Positions 49,451 through 59,786 of a stretch of DNA of 64,000 bases are shown in pieces. The position numbers were made by a program, and so were the translations under genes. This DNA is from Candidatus Sulfomarinibacteraceae bacterium (GTDB lineage Bacteria; Acidobacteriota; Thermoanaerobaculia; Thermoanaerobaculales; Sulfomarinibacteraceae). Under the pieces are notes generated by a model. The model saw nothing but the letters and a program-made list of their open reading frames with translations. It did not search any database and was not told the origin of the DNA. The number at the start of each line of letters is the position of its first letter. The first letter of the stretch is position 1. The DNA lies in assembly GCA_963796455.1 (NCBI GenBank), contig CAWCLO010000003.1:256001-320000 (forward strand), in the 5' to 3' direction.

Positions 49451-52400
49451 TCACGGAGCCAATCCGATGTACCTACGTTGCGCGGGCAGGTAGATCGAAT
49501 CCTGCGTACGGTTGTCGATCTCGGTTCCGAAGATCGCCACCGCTCCACCTTCGATCACCTCGACCTTGATGGTGCCCTCGATGGTCGTGAACTCGAGACC
49601 AAGGGCTTTGAAGATGTCCCACTGGTCGTAGACCCCAGGCCCGATCGTGAGCGTCCACGGCTCGGCGGCGGGGAAGCCACCAAGACCGAAGAGCGTGATC
49701 TTGACCGTTGTCCACAGGCTTTCGTCGGTGTTGACGAGACCGAGATTCGTGCGGAATCCGGTGTTTTTGTCTCCGTTGTTCGAAATCCCGGCGACAAAGC
49801 CTGTCTCTCCAGGTTTCAGGAGATCGTCTTCAGTGAAGGCGAACAGACCGAGTCCGCTGGTGCCGCCGCTCTGATTCTCGTTGTAGGTTCGAGCCGCAAC
49901 CTGCGGCACCGGCAGACCCGGCGCTCCCTCGAGCACCATGTAGCCCCGTTGCCCCTGCAGACCCAATACGGAACCCACCACATCGACGTAGCCCTGACTG
50001 AAGCCAGGAGCCAGGAGCGGCCACACAAAGCCATAGGCGTCACCCGAACTGCCGCTGACGACGAATTTGCCCTGGCCGCCGAGCCATTGTCCGGAATCCG
50101 CCTCATAGGGGTTGTAAAGCCAAACATCGGTGTGCCACTCAGAATCGCCGGCGCCTGCCAAATTTGCGACACCAACCAGCCACACGCGATCAACCTCGCT
50201 GAAGGAGGATCGGTGGAGGACCGAATCGCCGGTCATGTTGTCGATCACCGTCGCAAAGGCATCCAGATCACGTCCTCTGACGTCCGCTTTGACCGAGAAG
50301 AGATCGATGTCGCCATCGTATTTCAGCCAGGCCGCAATATCGTTGATCTGGAAGGTGCTGTGTCCCGGAACGGGTGCGCTCTCGACGGCGCCAACCGGGT
50401 TTCCGTGGTTGTCGTACATGAACAGCCCGACCCAGGCGTCCTCGTCTCCGTAGTTCACCAGCCGGAAATTCGTTCGGTAGTCCTCGTTTTTCACCAATCC
50501 GGCAAAGCCGATCAGGTCAAACTCGGATCTCTTGACCGGCAGCGCCGGAACATTCAATCCGAGGCTCCCATCCGGCGTGTCATTGAAGGTGCGCGAAACT
50601 GTCATCACCTTGCACCCGCTCGCACTTTCCGACTCGATCCGTGCCGAACCGGACAACTCATCACCCGCAAGACCTGGAATGACATCAACGATGTCTGTAA
50701 AGACCCGGGTCTCGTTGGCATTGAGATCGAACTCGCGCGACAGGAGCTGCACATCCGTGTTGTTGGTGCCACCGGGCTCGTAGGAGACCTTGACCGCGAG
50801 CGTTTCATCACACGGGTTGAAGAAGCGGAAATCGGTCTCCCACTGGGTGTTTTCGTCACCGGCCAGGCTGACAGCCGCCCCGACCACATAGTCCTCCACA
50901 GGAGCCTGCAGAACCTCGTAGGTCTGCGAGTAGTTCGCCCCGCCATAACAATTGGATGCCACGAGCGTGACCCGGTAGGTGCCCGGGTCCCTGAAAACAT
51001 AGCTGAAGTGCTGATCCGGGCTGGTCGCCACGACCTCATCGAGGCCACCTTCATCCAAGAGCAGGCTCACCGTCCAGAGCCATGCTGTAGGAGCCGTGTC
51101 CAGCACCGGTTCGACGCCGTTCTGACGCACGGTGTGGGTCTTGTTCTCGATCTTGACCAGACCGGTGCGCGAGTTCTCGGAGGTGTTCTCGACGACGTTG
51201 TAGGTGACGACTCCGCTGCCCGTCCCCGAAGCATTGGTGAGATTGATCCACGAGGAGGTGGTGGTCGCATCCCACGGACATTCGGCGGTAGTTGTCACGT
51301 TGACCGAGCCGACTCCACCGGTTGGATAGAAATTGACCGAAGTCGGCGAGATGGTCCACGAGCACCCGGTGCCGCCGCCTCCTCCACCACCAGTGTCACA
51401 GGAACCGGTGTTGGTGACATCGACCGTCGTCGGGCCGGCACTCACGCTGCCGCCGGCCGAAAGATCCACGTTCACGCTGACATTCTTTGCACCACCTGAG
51501 GCGAAAGCAAAGGTGATCGCATTGCAATCATTGAAGAGGCTTGGAGTGCATTGCGGGTTCTGTACGGCACCGTTGCAACCGGTTTCGCCGAAGTTCCAAT
51601 AGGCCCCGGAAACCTCGCCAGTCAGACCTTCAAGTCGGAATGTCACCGTTTCGCCGATCTCGGGATCCGGGGGTGTCCAACTGAAACCGAGGGCCTTGGC
51701 GTTCTTCGACGATTTTTCCGACGTTTCAGTGAAGCTCACCAACTCACCGGTGTAGATCTCGTCGTTCGAGACGACGAAGGAAGCATCGGGAGCACCATCG
51801 GCAAAACAGCACTCACCCTTGTTCTGAACCACCGGGTGTTTGGTCTGGGTGCGGTCGTCGGCCAGAACCATGGTCACCGATTTCTCGCCTGCGGTCTGGA
51901 AGGCCCATTCGATGGAATTACAGGCTCCCGGTGGGAGGAAGAGACAGTTGATCTGCGGGCTCGATCCTGCGCAGTTCTCCTCGCCGAAATTCCACGATTC
52001 AACCACCAGGATCGGATCTACGGTGAAGGTCACGACCTCGCCGCGTTCGGGGAATGGATTCGACATCGTGAAGTTGGCCGCGACGTATGGCGCCCCCTGA
52101 TCGACCCGAAAACTCCGACCGCCGGCGACGACAAAACCGGTTCGCGCAGGACCGAAATTCTGCTGTATGGCAAAGCGAACGGTGCCTGTTCCGGAGTCCG
52201 TACCGACCGGGTTGAGGATATTGATCCAGCTCGACGTTGAGGTCGCGCTCCACGAACAGCCATAACTCGTAAAGACGGTGAAAGCAAACTCGGCAGCAGC
52301 AGGGCCGGGGGCGATGCCTCCGTCACCACTGTGGGTGTAGGTGCAGGTGGTTCCTCCACCACCGCCGCCGCCACCGGTGGTGCAGCTGCCGCTGGATGCG

Positions 52401-54886
52401 ATCGTGATCGTGCGCTCCTCATCCGGTCGTGTGTCGGTATATCTCGTGCTGCCGATTTCGATCTCGAGCCCGACATCTTGTCTCCACTCGAGGAATATTT
52501 GAATAGCTAGGGCGTCGCAGTCGTGAACAGGCCTCGAGGTGCAGACCTGGGTGGAACTCTCGCCGTCACACCCGCTGCCACCCATGGTCCAGGTGGCCTT
52601 GTCGATCGGAACCCCCACTCCGTCGATGGCGAAGATGAGGTTCGTCGCCCCGCTCCAGCGTGCCGCCCGGGAAATCGATGGTCGGCCGGATTTCGCCGTT
52701 GAGGAATCGAACATTCGGTTTCGGTGTACTCGCTGGTCTCGGATGCCGCCGCCGGTGACTTTCAGGGTGATGTCATAAGCGCCCCAGCCCAGCGCATCAG
52801 CTGGAATCACACAACGTTCTTCATCGAAACAAACATCACGTTCCATGGCGCAGGCACTGTTGTCACCAGGGGGCGCATTATCACAATCGGCGGTACGGTT
52901 TTTGGGGCCGTAGACCGTCCACTCGTAGAGATCGATCGACCCCTTCGAGTCGCCACCGTCGAGGGTGATGGCCGAGTTGTTCAGAAGATCGCCGGTCTGC
53001 GAATCCGAGCTGATGGTGAAGTCGGCCGCAACCGAGGAGACCGGATATTCCCGCGAGCTTTCGTACTCGTAGGTTGTGTCTCCATCGAGATCGCCCCAAC
53101 GGTTGTCATAGGGAAAATCGCTGTCCTGGGAAACGCCGCTCGCGCCATGATCGTAGTTGACGGTCAGCGTGAATTCCCAGTCGCCGGAAATATCGAGATC
53201 CACATCGATGACCGCACCGTATTCGGTCGTGGGCGGGCTCGACGGTGCGTCGATGGTCCAGACATAGGTGTCGGTGTCCGAAGGATTGGCTGCGGCGGTG
53301 GCTGAGAGGGTCACGGACTCTCCGACGACCGCGGTCTCCGGATCCACGGTAAATCCTGCCGTCGGCTCCCGGTCGATGCCGATCGGCTTCGAGGCATCCG
53401 GCACCGCGGGATCGAGACCACTGTTCGAGATCTCGATGTTGGCCGTGAAGACTTCCCCTATGGCAACATTCTTGGGCACGGTAAAGCTCATCTCGGATGG
53501 GTTGGACGGCACCGGCAGGGTCTCACCAGCCTCGAATACACTGTCGCGTTCGACCCACAGGGCCCAGGCATCATAGGACCCTGAGGAGTGGTCGCGGATG
53601 GTGACTGCGTCGCCGGGAAAAACCGAGGCCGGGGTCACCGTCAGATCGGCGACGGCTTCGGTCGGGCCCATGCAGGCTGACAGATCGAAAACCTGGTGCA
53701 TCGCGTAGCGACTCAAATACAGAGCCGAACCATCGGGTGCCAGGGCTCCGTCCATATCGAGGAGACAATCCTGATATTCGTTGTGCGGCTCCGAGAGGTC
53801 GCCCCAGAAATCATTGTCAAAGGCTTGCGGCCCGGCCTCGGGATCGATCAGATAGGTGAGGGATGAATTGAGAAACGACGTCGCGGCCGTCCAGAGCACC
53901 AGCGGGCTCGAGCCGTTCTCTGAACCCAGGGCCACCATGCTGGCGTTGCCGGGGATGGACCATGAGGACTTGAGCTGCGGGTTACCCGGATCATTCGAAA
54001 GGTCCCAGAAACGGACTTCACCAACGTTCCGGTTGGCCGAGACCACCAGGTCGTGGGCCTCGTTGACGGCGAGGTTGTGGTTCTGGCCTTTCATGCCCGA
54101 GGGCGACGAAGTGTGTTCGAGACGGAGCCCAAGACCGGTTCCACTGGTCTTGAACACTGCCGCGTCGCCAAAGAGCCCGGTCCCGAGATAGAGATACGAC
54201 GTCGAGCCCATTTCAACACTCGCGCCTCCGGAGACCGACACCGCCGATCCGCCGACCTCGATACACTGGAGCTCGACCAGGCTATTCACCCCATTGACGG
54301 CGAAAAGAGCGTGTTGGGAGCAGCTTTCGCTGATTCCACCGGCAATCAGATAGACCTGGTTGTCGTGGGAAAAGACCTTCGAACTGAGGGTCAGGCGATT
54401 GTTCCGGCTGTATTCGGTGAAATCGGGCTCGGAGCCCGTCCCAAAATCGAAGACGACCACCCCCGCGACTTTGTGGTCCATGACGCCGTAACGGCAGTTG
54501 TCGCAGACGTCTACGGAGACAACATCGTAGTCCGAATCGCCGGCAGTTCCGAAGTTGAATCTGGAGCCGTCGATCTTATCCGGATTGGTGGCGTTGGTGC
54601 CGCCGATATCGTAGATTTCCAACTCGTTTCCGCGGCTCAGGAGCAGGTACACTCCGCCGTTCCAACTGAATGTTTCCGTGTTGAGGGCGCGATCGCGATT
54701 CGGGCTCGAAACACAGCGCAGATCATCCGCGTAATTCAGGTGCGTGATCAGTGTGTCGGTAAAATCCTGGCAGTAGGCACCCTGGGCTTCGGCCGTGGGC
54801 GCAACGGCAACCGCCGCAAGCATCAGCGCGGAGATTACAACGCACCGAATAAGAGTCGATTTCGTGAGAATCCATGAGCACAACAT
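49451..54886 (-). CDS. Giant secreted surface protein (~1810 aa): propeller-like N-terminus, PKD and BACON domains, two C-terminal lineage-type repeats
   Basis: GGAGGTGAGC-ATG start; PKD (W.FG, PGTYRVTLVASN) and BACON (CSWSATSTSSWI...RTG) motifs, poly-Gly linkers. Confidence 0.85.
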   Translation of the reverse strand: MLCSWILTKSTLIRCVVISALMLAAVAVAPTAEAQGAYCQDFTDTLITHLNYADDLRCVSSPNRDRALNTETFSWNGGVYLLLSRGNELEIYDIGGTNATNPDKIDGSRFNFGTAGDSDYDVVSVDVCDNCRYGVMDHKVAGVVVFDFGTGSEPDFTEYSRNNRLTLSSKVFSHDNQVYLIAGGISESCSQHALFAVNGVNSLVELQCIEVGGSAVSVSGGASVEMGSTSYLYLGTGLFGDAAVFKTSGTGLGLRLEHTSSPSGMKGQNHNLAVNEAHDLVVSANRNVGEVRFWDLSNDPGNPQLKSSWSIPGNASMVALGSENGSSPLVLWTAATSFLNSSLTYLIDPEAGPQAFDNDFWGDLSEPHNEYQDCLLDMDGALAPDGSALYLSRYAMHQVFDLSACMGPTEAVADLTVTPASVFPGDAVTIRDHSSGSYDAWALWVERDSVFEAGETLPVPSNPSEMSFTVPKNVAIGEVFTANIEISNSGLDPAVPDASKPIGIDREPTAGFTVDPETAVVGESVTLSATAAANPSDTDTYVWTIDAPSSPPTTEYGAVIDVDLDISGDWEFTLTVNYDHGASGVSQDSDFPYDNRWGDLDGDTTYEYESSREYPVSSVAADFTISSDSQTGDLLNNSAITLDGGDSKGSIDLYEWTVYGPKNRTADCDNAPPGDNSACAMERDVCFDEERCVIPADALGWGAYDITLKVTGGGIRDQRVHRNRMFDSSTAKSGRPSISRAARWSGATNLIFAIDGVGVPIDKATWTMGGSGCDGESSTQVCTSRPVHDCDALAIQIFLEWRQDVGLEIEIGSTRYTDTRPDEERTITIASSGSCTTGGGGGGGGTTCTYTHSGDGGIAPGPAAAEFAFTVFTSYGCSWSATSTSSWINILNPVGTDSGTGTVRFAIQQNFGPARTGFVVAGGRSFRVDQGAPYVAANFTMSNPFPERGEVVTFTVDPILVVESWNFGEENCAGSSPQINCLFLPPGACNSIEWAFQTAGEKSVTMVLADDRTQTKHPVVQNKGECCFADGAPDASFVVSNDEIYTGELVSFTETSEKSSKNAKALGFSWTPPDPEIGETVTFRLEGLTGEVSGAYWNFGETGCNGAVQNPQCTPSLFNDCNAITFAFASGGAKNVSVNVDLSAGGSVSAGPTTVDVTNTGSCDTGGGGGGGTGCSWTISPTSVNFYPTGGVGSVNVTTTAECPWDATTTSSWINLTNASGTGSGVVTYNVVENTSENSRTGLVKIENKTHTVRQNGVEPVLDTAPTAWLWTVSLLLDEGGLDEVVATSPDQHFSYVFRDPGTYRVTLVASNCYGGANYSQTYEVLQAPVEDYVVGAAVSLAGDENTQWETDFRFFNPCDETLAVKVSYEPGGTNNTDVQLLSREFDLNANETRVFTDIVDVIPGLAGDELSGSARIESESASGCKVMTVSRTFNDTPDGSLGLNVPALPVKRSEFDLIGFAGLVKNEDYRTNFRLVNYGDEDAWVGLFMYDNHGNPVGAVESAPVPGHSTFQINDIAAWLKYDGDIDLFSVKADVRGRDLDAFATVIDNMTGDSVLHRSSFSEVDRVWLVGVANLAGAGDSEWHTDVWLYNPYEADSGQWLGGQGKFVVSGSSGDAYGFVWPLLAPGFSQGYVDVVGSVLGLQGQRGYMVLEGAPGLPVPQVAARTYNENQSGGTSGLGLFAFTEDDLLKPGETGFVAGISNNGDKNTGFRTNLGLVNTDESLWTTVKITLFGLGGFPAAEPWTLTIGPGVYDQWDIFKALGLEFTTIEGTIKVEVIEGGAVAIFGTEIDNRTQDSIYLPAQRRYIGLAP

Positions 54887-55038
54887 GCTCACCTCCGAGG
54901 ACAAAATTACCGCACGAGCGGCCGGGCTGTCAATCAGCGGGTTCATCATAGACCTTTTATCTTTGAATAATTTACGGGGTTGGCGAGGGATGTGACCACG
55001 GTCACCGGAAAACGTTTCGGTCCATGCCGAGTTGCGGC

Positions 55039-55067
55039 ATTCTAGGGTCTGGTTCACCATATGTCAA
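55039..55067 (-). promoter_or_regulatory. Putative sigma70 promoter of the giant surface protein gene
   Basis: Minus strand TTGACA-17 nt-TAGAAT. Confidence 0.65.
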
Positions 55068-55164
55068 TGCGTAGATATATGGTGGGCGAAAATCGCGAAA
55101 CCGCATGAGATGGAGCCGGGCTCCCCTAGCCTTTTTTGAGGACGCAGCCGGTGGCTGCGCCCTC

Positions 55165-55194
55165 AAAAAAGAGGCGGCCCGAAGGCCGCCTCTT
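55165..55194 (-). terminator. Rho-independent terminator
   Basis: Minus strand AAGAGGCGGCC-TTCG-GGCCGCCTCTTTTTT, with a cUUCGg tetraloop. Confidence 0.92.
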
Positions 55195-55217
55195 CGCAAC
55201 TGAAGTCAGACTTCAGA

Positions 55218-56762
55218 TTATTCGCTCGCGACGTACATCAGACCGAGGTCCGGAAGAACCTGAGTCTGGTCGCAGTTGTAGTTCGCCATGACGGCGCCGG
55301 TGAGGGCAGCGGTGTAGTCACCGAAGCCGGAGTACTTGGCACCGACCCAGGTCTGGTACCAGTCGTTGACGGCCACATCGGCGCCGTTCGAACCAGGCCA
55401 CACGAAGAGGAGCCAACCGAAGAACTCGTCATCCGCATCTTCGCGGACGATGAAGAACTGGCTGATGTCGACTTCCTGGGTCTCCAGGGGGAGAAGGTTC
55501 GGAACCGGGCGGATGGGATCTTCGGTACCGGACCACGGGTCCTCGTCCGAAGAGACCGTGTTCACGTTCTCGTCCTCATCCCACGCGTAGTAGGTGTAGG
55601 GCACACACGCGGAGGCATAGAGGTTGGCGGGACCGGCGGAGGTGATGTTGCCCCAGTTAGGACCAGTGTCCGAGCTGGCGAGATCCATCACGGTGCGGTT
55701 CAGCGACGAGGCTTTGAACGCACGGATCCAGGTGTTGACACCGGCTTCTTCCTGAAGCTGGTAGCGAATGGCCCACGCGGACGGCAGCGGCTCACGAGCA
55801 TCCGCACCGGCCGAGAAAGCCAGGGTGTAACGGAAGTAGAAGGTCGGAACCTGACCGGCAACCGGGTAACCGGCGGGGCCGACAGACTCGAGGTGAACTG
55901 CCTGGTCCGCCTCGGAGAAGCGGCTGGTGGCATTGAGCCAAATCGTGTCGCCGACGAGCACGTTGTCATCGATGACGCCGTCGGTGTTGGCACGATCAAG
56001 GGCGAAGTAGGTGGAAGCCTGCGCATCGGGAAGGTCCTTGTTGCAGGCGGCAACGACGTCGGCGGTGACATACATCCACACCGGGCCGCTATCGCGCGAG
56101 ATGAACCATGTATCGGCCGGGAAGACCTCGGTGTCGTCATCGCAATTGAGGTAGGACTTCGCAGCGGTCTGGCTGGCTTTGAGGTAACCCTCGAAGACGC
56201 TCAGGGTGCCCGGGGGGATCGCGTCAACATAGTTCTCCGGCGAGGAGATCCAGTCATCGGGATCGCAGTCGAGCGGGTTGGTCGACTCGGGGTCGTCCAG
56301 GTTGTTGATCACGAGGACCGGGTCGTGGAGCTCATTGTGGCTCGACCACGGGCCATCGTCGAACGGCGTGCCGCCGGCGTTGGAGGTGCCGGTACCATCC
56401 CACCAGATGTTCTCTTTGCGGCCGGTGTCGGCGTCCTCGGTCGGCAGCAGGCCGAGGGCGAGGATGTCGCGGATGTTCATCCGCGTCACGTCGTAACCGG
56501 TCATGGTCAAGTTGAAATCGAGGATCGCGACCGAATAGTCCGTCCACACCGTGATGTGAACGATCTGCGCCTCCGAAGAGACGTTGGTGATAGCGATCTG
56601 GGTGGTGTCGCCATCGAAACCACCTTCATAGTCAAAAGCGACAAACGGGAACAGCAGCGTCGCTGCCGGCACCGCGTCAAACGAGCAGTAGTTGGCATTT
56701 GCCACACCGCTCACGCCAAGGACCGCAGCCCCCAGCAGCGCAATTGTAAGAAACCTCTTCAT
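55218..56762 (-). CDS. Acidic secreted protein, candidate S-layer/major surface protein
   Basis: Signal peptide ending ANA; DAVPAATLLFPF...WTDYS...DFN..MTGYDV motif; strong AGGAAGGAG RBS; own promoter and terminator. Confidence 0.7.
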   Translation of the reverse strand: MKRFLTIALLGAAVLGVSGVANANYCSFDAVPAATLLFPFVAFDYEGGFDGDTTQIAITNVSSEAQIVHITVWTDYSVAILDFNLTMTGYDVTRMNIRDILALGLLPTEDADTGRKENIWWDGTGTSNAGGTPFDDGPWSSHNELHDPVLVINNLDDPESTNPLDCDPDDWISSPENYVDAIPPGTLSVFEGYLKASQTAAKSYLNCDDDTEVFPADTWFISRDSGPVWMYVTADVVAACNKDLPDAQASTYFALDRANTDGVIDDNVLVGDTIWLNATSRFSEADQAVHLESVGPAGYPVAGQVPTFYFRYTLAFSAGADAREPLPSAWAIRYQLQEEAGVNTWIRAFKASSLNRTVMDLASSDTGPNWGNITSAGPANLYASACVPYTYYAWDEDENVNTVSSDEDPWSGTEDPIRPVPNLLPLETQEVDISQFFIVREDADDEFFGWLLFVWPGSNGADVAVNDWYQTWVGAKYSGFGDYTAALTGAVMANYNCDQTQVLPDLGLMYVASE

Positions 56763-56925
56763 TCTCAGCTCCTTCCTTTTCCTCATTAATCGAAATCGAA
56801 TCTCTGGTTTACGTCCGACCGTCGTGGCCGGTGTGCGGTTCTTCGTCTCTCCGATGTTCCGCATCACCTCCCGTAAATAATTTCAATCCACGAACTTAAA
56901 TTTAGAATATGTCATCACAGCATAA

Positions 56926-56955
56926 AAGGTAGCACCTGATGCTCATCCATGTCAA
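56926..56955 (-). promoter_or_regulatory. Putative sigma70 promoter (extended -10)
   Basis: Minus strand TTGACA-18 nt-TACCTT with a preceding TG, in an AT-rich gap. Confidence 0.55.
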
Positions 56956-57079
56956 CACCGGGATGCCCGAATCACATCGTCGATGATCCCATCCTTGCCC
57001 CTACAAGTCAAGTTCAAGTACCTGTCCCGGAGTCGATTAAGCCTCGAAAAGGCTGCGGCCTCGGCCGGATCCCGCGCGA

Positions 57080-58723
57080 TCACTCTCCATCCAGTTTCCG
57101 CGTCAACCACACGCCGACGCCGCCCGGCTGGCCCGCCGCCGGCACCAATCCGGCGATGATGTCGTCGCGCCCGTCTCCGTCGAGGTCGCGCAACCGAATG
57201 TCATAAGCCGTCCCGGTCTTATCGAGGTTGTCCGCCACCTCTTTGACAAAGGAGCCGTCTTCGGTCTGCAAATAGACCTCGATCCCGCCAGCCTTGCGGC
57301 CCGCCACCAAATCGACCCGGCCGTCGCCATCGAGATCACCCAGCCCGAGCCGGAAATACACTGCCGCACGCTCGGTGTCCCAGACCACGGGATTGCCGTT
57401 TCGCCAACCCTCCTTTCGGAAGGCAAAGGGGTAGGCGATGATGCCGTTGCGAATCTCGGTTTCGTTTTGCTGGATCTTGAACTGGGCGAAGGTCGAGAAG
57501 ATCTCACCGCCGAGGGCCTCGACGTTGTAGTGGTAAGCGCCGCTGAGGACACCGTTGAATCCGGCGGCCTGCCATCCTTCGTCACCCTTGTTGAGATAGA
57601 CGAGCCGGCGTTCTCCGACAGTGTTCGACGAGACCACCAGATCGATCAGGTCGTCGCCGTCGATGTCGACCGAGCGGATGACATCCGCGATCAGGTTTTG
57701 GGGCAGGCCCTTGGTCACCACCGTCCACGAATCGGCGCCCTTCTCGAGGACCCACACGGTGGTCGTCTTTTCGAGACGTTCGCTGGTCTTGAGGTCGTAG
57801 TCGATTTCGGCGATGAAGGCGAGATCGGTGTCACCGTCGTTATCGAAGTCGGCGGCCGTGACCGCCCGCGAAGTGATCCGGGGATCGGGTGTAGGCAGTC
57901 GCTCGACCCGTTCGAAGCGACCGGCTCCGTCTCCGTAAAGCGCGAACTGACCACCAAAGTGGACCGCCAGCACGATGTCCTGATGACCGTCACCATCGAG
58001 ATCCGCGACATCGAGTCCACCATAGTCCAGGGGCAGCGTGCTCGGCCATCCGAAATCCGACCAGTTCTTGAAGGTCCCGTCGCCCTTGCCGAGGAGGATC
58101 GACATCAGAGGCGGGTAATCCTTGCGTCGCGGCGGGAAGATCAGATCGACGTGGCCGTCCTCGTTCATGTCGGCCATCGCGAAACCCATTTGCCAGCGGC
58201 CGCCTTCCGGGAGGGAGTCGTCCGCAAACTCGAAGCGGAGACTTTTCTGGAACGGCGCCGGTACGACCTCGGCCTCGTAGTCGAGAAAGTAGAGGGCACC
58301 CGGTGTATTGGACGCCGCCTTCTGGTCCATCAACCGGGCTTCGCCAACCTGCTTGTGCGACCAGACGATATACAGAGGTGAGTTCGGGTCCTCCGGCGGG
58401 ATGCCGCGCAGCCACACGTATTGATCATCTTCGCGGACGATCTCCATCTTGATGCTGGCGACGATATGCGGATAGGCATATTTCTCGTCGATCTTGACGA
58501 CATACTTCTTCTCGAAAGGCTTCGGCGTCAGCCAATCCTCGACAAACTGGGACCAGGATTGCTCGGGTTTGTTCTTCCAGTAGTCCATCATCTGCTGTTT
58601 TCGTTCTTCCGTCATCCTTCCACTTTGGGATGGATCGGAAATGGGCGGAACGGATTGCGTCCAGGCCGCCGTCGCCGTCAGGGCGAAAACGGTCATGAGC
58701 ATGGTTATTCTCTTCAAGGTCAT
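57080..58723 (-). CDS. Secreted FG-GAP/VCBS repeat protein
   Basis: Repeated ADMNEDGHVDL, ADLDGDGHQDI, ADFDNDGDTDL, DLDGDGRVDL; signal peptide; GGAGG RBS. Confidence 0.88.
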   Translation of the reverse strand: MTLKRITMLMTVFALTATAAWTQSVPPISDPSQSGRMTEERKQQMMDYWKNKPEQSWSQFVEDWLTPKPFEKKYVVKIDEKYAYPHIVASIKMEIVREDDQYVWLRGIPPEDPNSPLYIVWSHKQVGEARLMDQKAASNTPGALYFLDYEAEVVPAPFQKSLRFEFADDSLPEGGRWQMGFAMADMNEDGHVDLIFPPRRKDYPPLMSILLGKGDGTFKNWSDFGWPSTLPLDYGGLDVADLDGDGHQDIVLAVHFGGQFALYGDGAGRFERVERLPTPDPRITSRAVTAADFDNDGDTDLAFIAEIDYDLKTSERLEKTTTVWVLEKGADSWTVVTKGLPQNLIADVIRSVDIDGDDLIDLVVSSNTVGERRLVYLNKGDEGWQAAGFNGVLSGAYHYNVEALGGEIFSTFAQFKIQQNETEIRNGIIAYPFAFRKEGWRNGNPVVWDTERAAVYFRLGLGDLDGDGRVDLVAGRKAGGIEVYLQTEDGSFVKEVADNLDKTGTAYDIRLRDLDGDGRDDIIAGLVPAAGQPGGVGVWLTRKLDGE

Positions 58724-58761
58724 CAGAGGCCTCCAAAAATTTTCAGCACCAGATCGCCACA

Positions 58762-59598
58762 TCACACCAGATCGGCGATCGACGAGCGCCAGCGCTCGAG
58801 CGCCGCCGCACCGATCACCAGGAGCAACAGCCCCCCCACGGCCAGATACGCTATGGCCGCGATCGACGGCGGCGCAGCGCCCAAAAGGCCGGTGCGCATC
58901 ACACCGACCAGGGGAGTGAGCGGATTGAGTTGAATCACGGTGCGCACCAGATCCGATGGCACCAGCGCGAGAGGATACACGATCGGCGCCGCGTAGAAAA
59001 CCACTTGCAGCACCAGACCCATCACCTCGGCGAGATCCGGGAGCAGGGCCCCCACCAGACTGACGGTCAGAGCAATGCCGACGATCCACAGAATCAGCAA
59101 CAAGAGCCCCAGCGCCACCCACGGAACACCCGCCAATGTAAGGTGGCCGCGCCAGATGCAAAACACAACCACCAAAACAAATGAAATTGCATGGTGGAGC
59201 AGAACGCCAAAGGTGTCGCCCAGTACCAGCACTTCCACCGGCATCTTGACCCGCTGGACGAGATTGGCATGAGCGCGAAAAACCCGCGCCGACCGCAACG
59301 TTGCATCGTTGACGGCCAGATAGGGCACCAGGCCCGTGATTAAAAACACACCGAATCCCACGGGAGGCAACCGAGCAAGATCGATGCCAAGACCTTCGAC
59401 CTTGATTTGGAGAATGGCGGAAAAGACGACCATGTAGAGCACGAACTGGACTGCGGTGCTCAACGGGGTCCACAACCAGCCGAGATAGGAGCCCGCATAA
59501 CGGGAAGCAAAGGCCCGCCACGCGAGCTGGCCGAGCAGGAAGCGATGCTGCGCCAAGGTGCGCGGTAGCCGCAGAAACGCAAAAACGTGTGTGTTCAT
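58762..59598 (-). CDS. wzm: ABC-2 polysaccharide export permease (Wzm/RfbA-like)
   Basis: RYAGSYLGWLW, FYAAPIVYP and LNPLTPLV motifs. Confidence 0.88.
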   Translation of the reverse strand: MNTHVFAFLRLPRTLAQHRFLLGQLAWRAFASRYAGSYLGWLWTPLSTAVQFVLYMVVFSAILQIKVEGLGIDLARLPPVGFGVFLITGLVPYLAVNDATLRSARVFRAHANLVQRVKMPVEVLVLGDTFGVLLHHAISFVLVVVFCIWRGHLTLAGVPWVALGLLLLILWIVGIALTVSLVGALLPDLAEVMGLVLQVVFYAAPIVYPLALVPSDLVRTVIQLNPLTPLVGVMRTGLLGAAPPSIAAIAYLAVGGLLLLVIGAAALERWRSSIADLV

Positions 59599-59682
59599 GG
59601 TGAATTAGCGTCCACGTGAATACCTGACCCGAAGAATGTTGTGCTGAGGATCACAGGTGCTGCCCATAACGCATCTATTTCC

Positions 59683-59711
59683 TTGACGGTCTTGCTGCAG
59701 CACCATATTAT
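59683..59711 (+). promoter_or_regulatory. Putative sigma70 promoter of the XRE operon
   Basis: TTGACG-17 nt-TATTAT. Confidence 0.65.
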
Positions 59712-59786
59712 AAGTAACGTCTGGCCGTACTGTGTCCGCCCGTCGCGGCGAAGAGTACTACAGGCAGAATGCGAAGGGCAATCAGC

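Noticed and set aside
58724..59521. 266-aa N-terminal extension of the FG-GAP protein
   Set aside because: It overlaps wzm in another frame; the true start with RBS and signal peptide is at 58723
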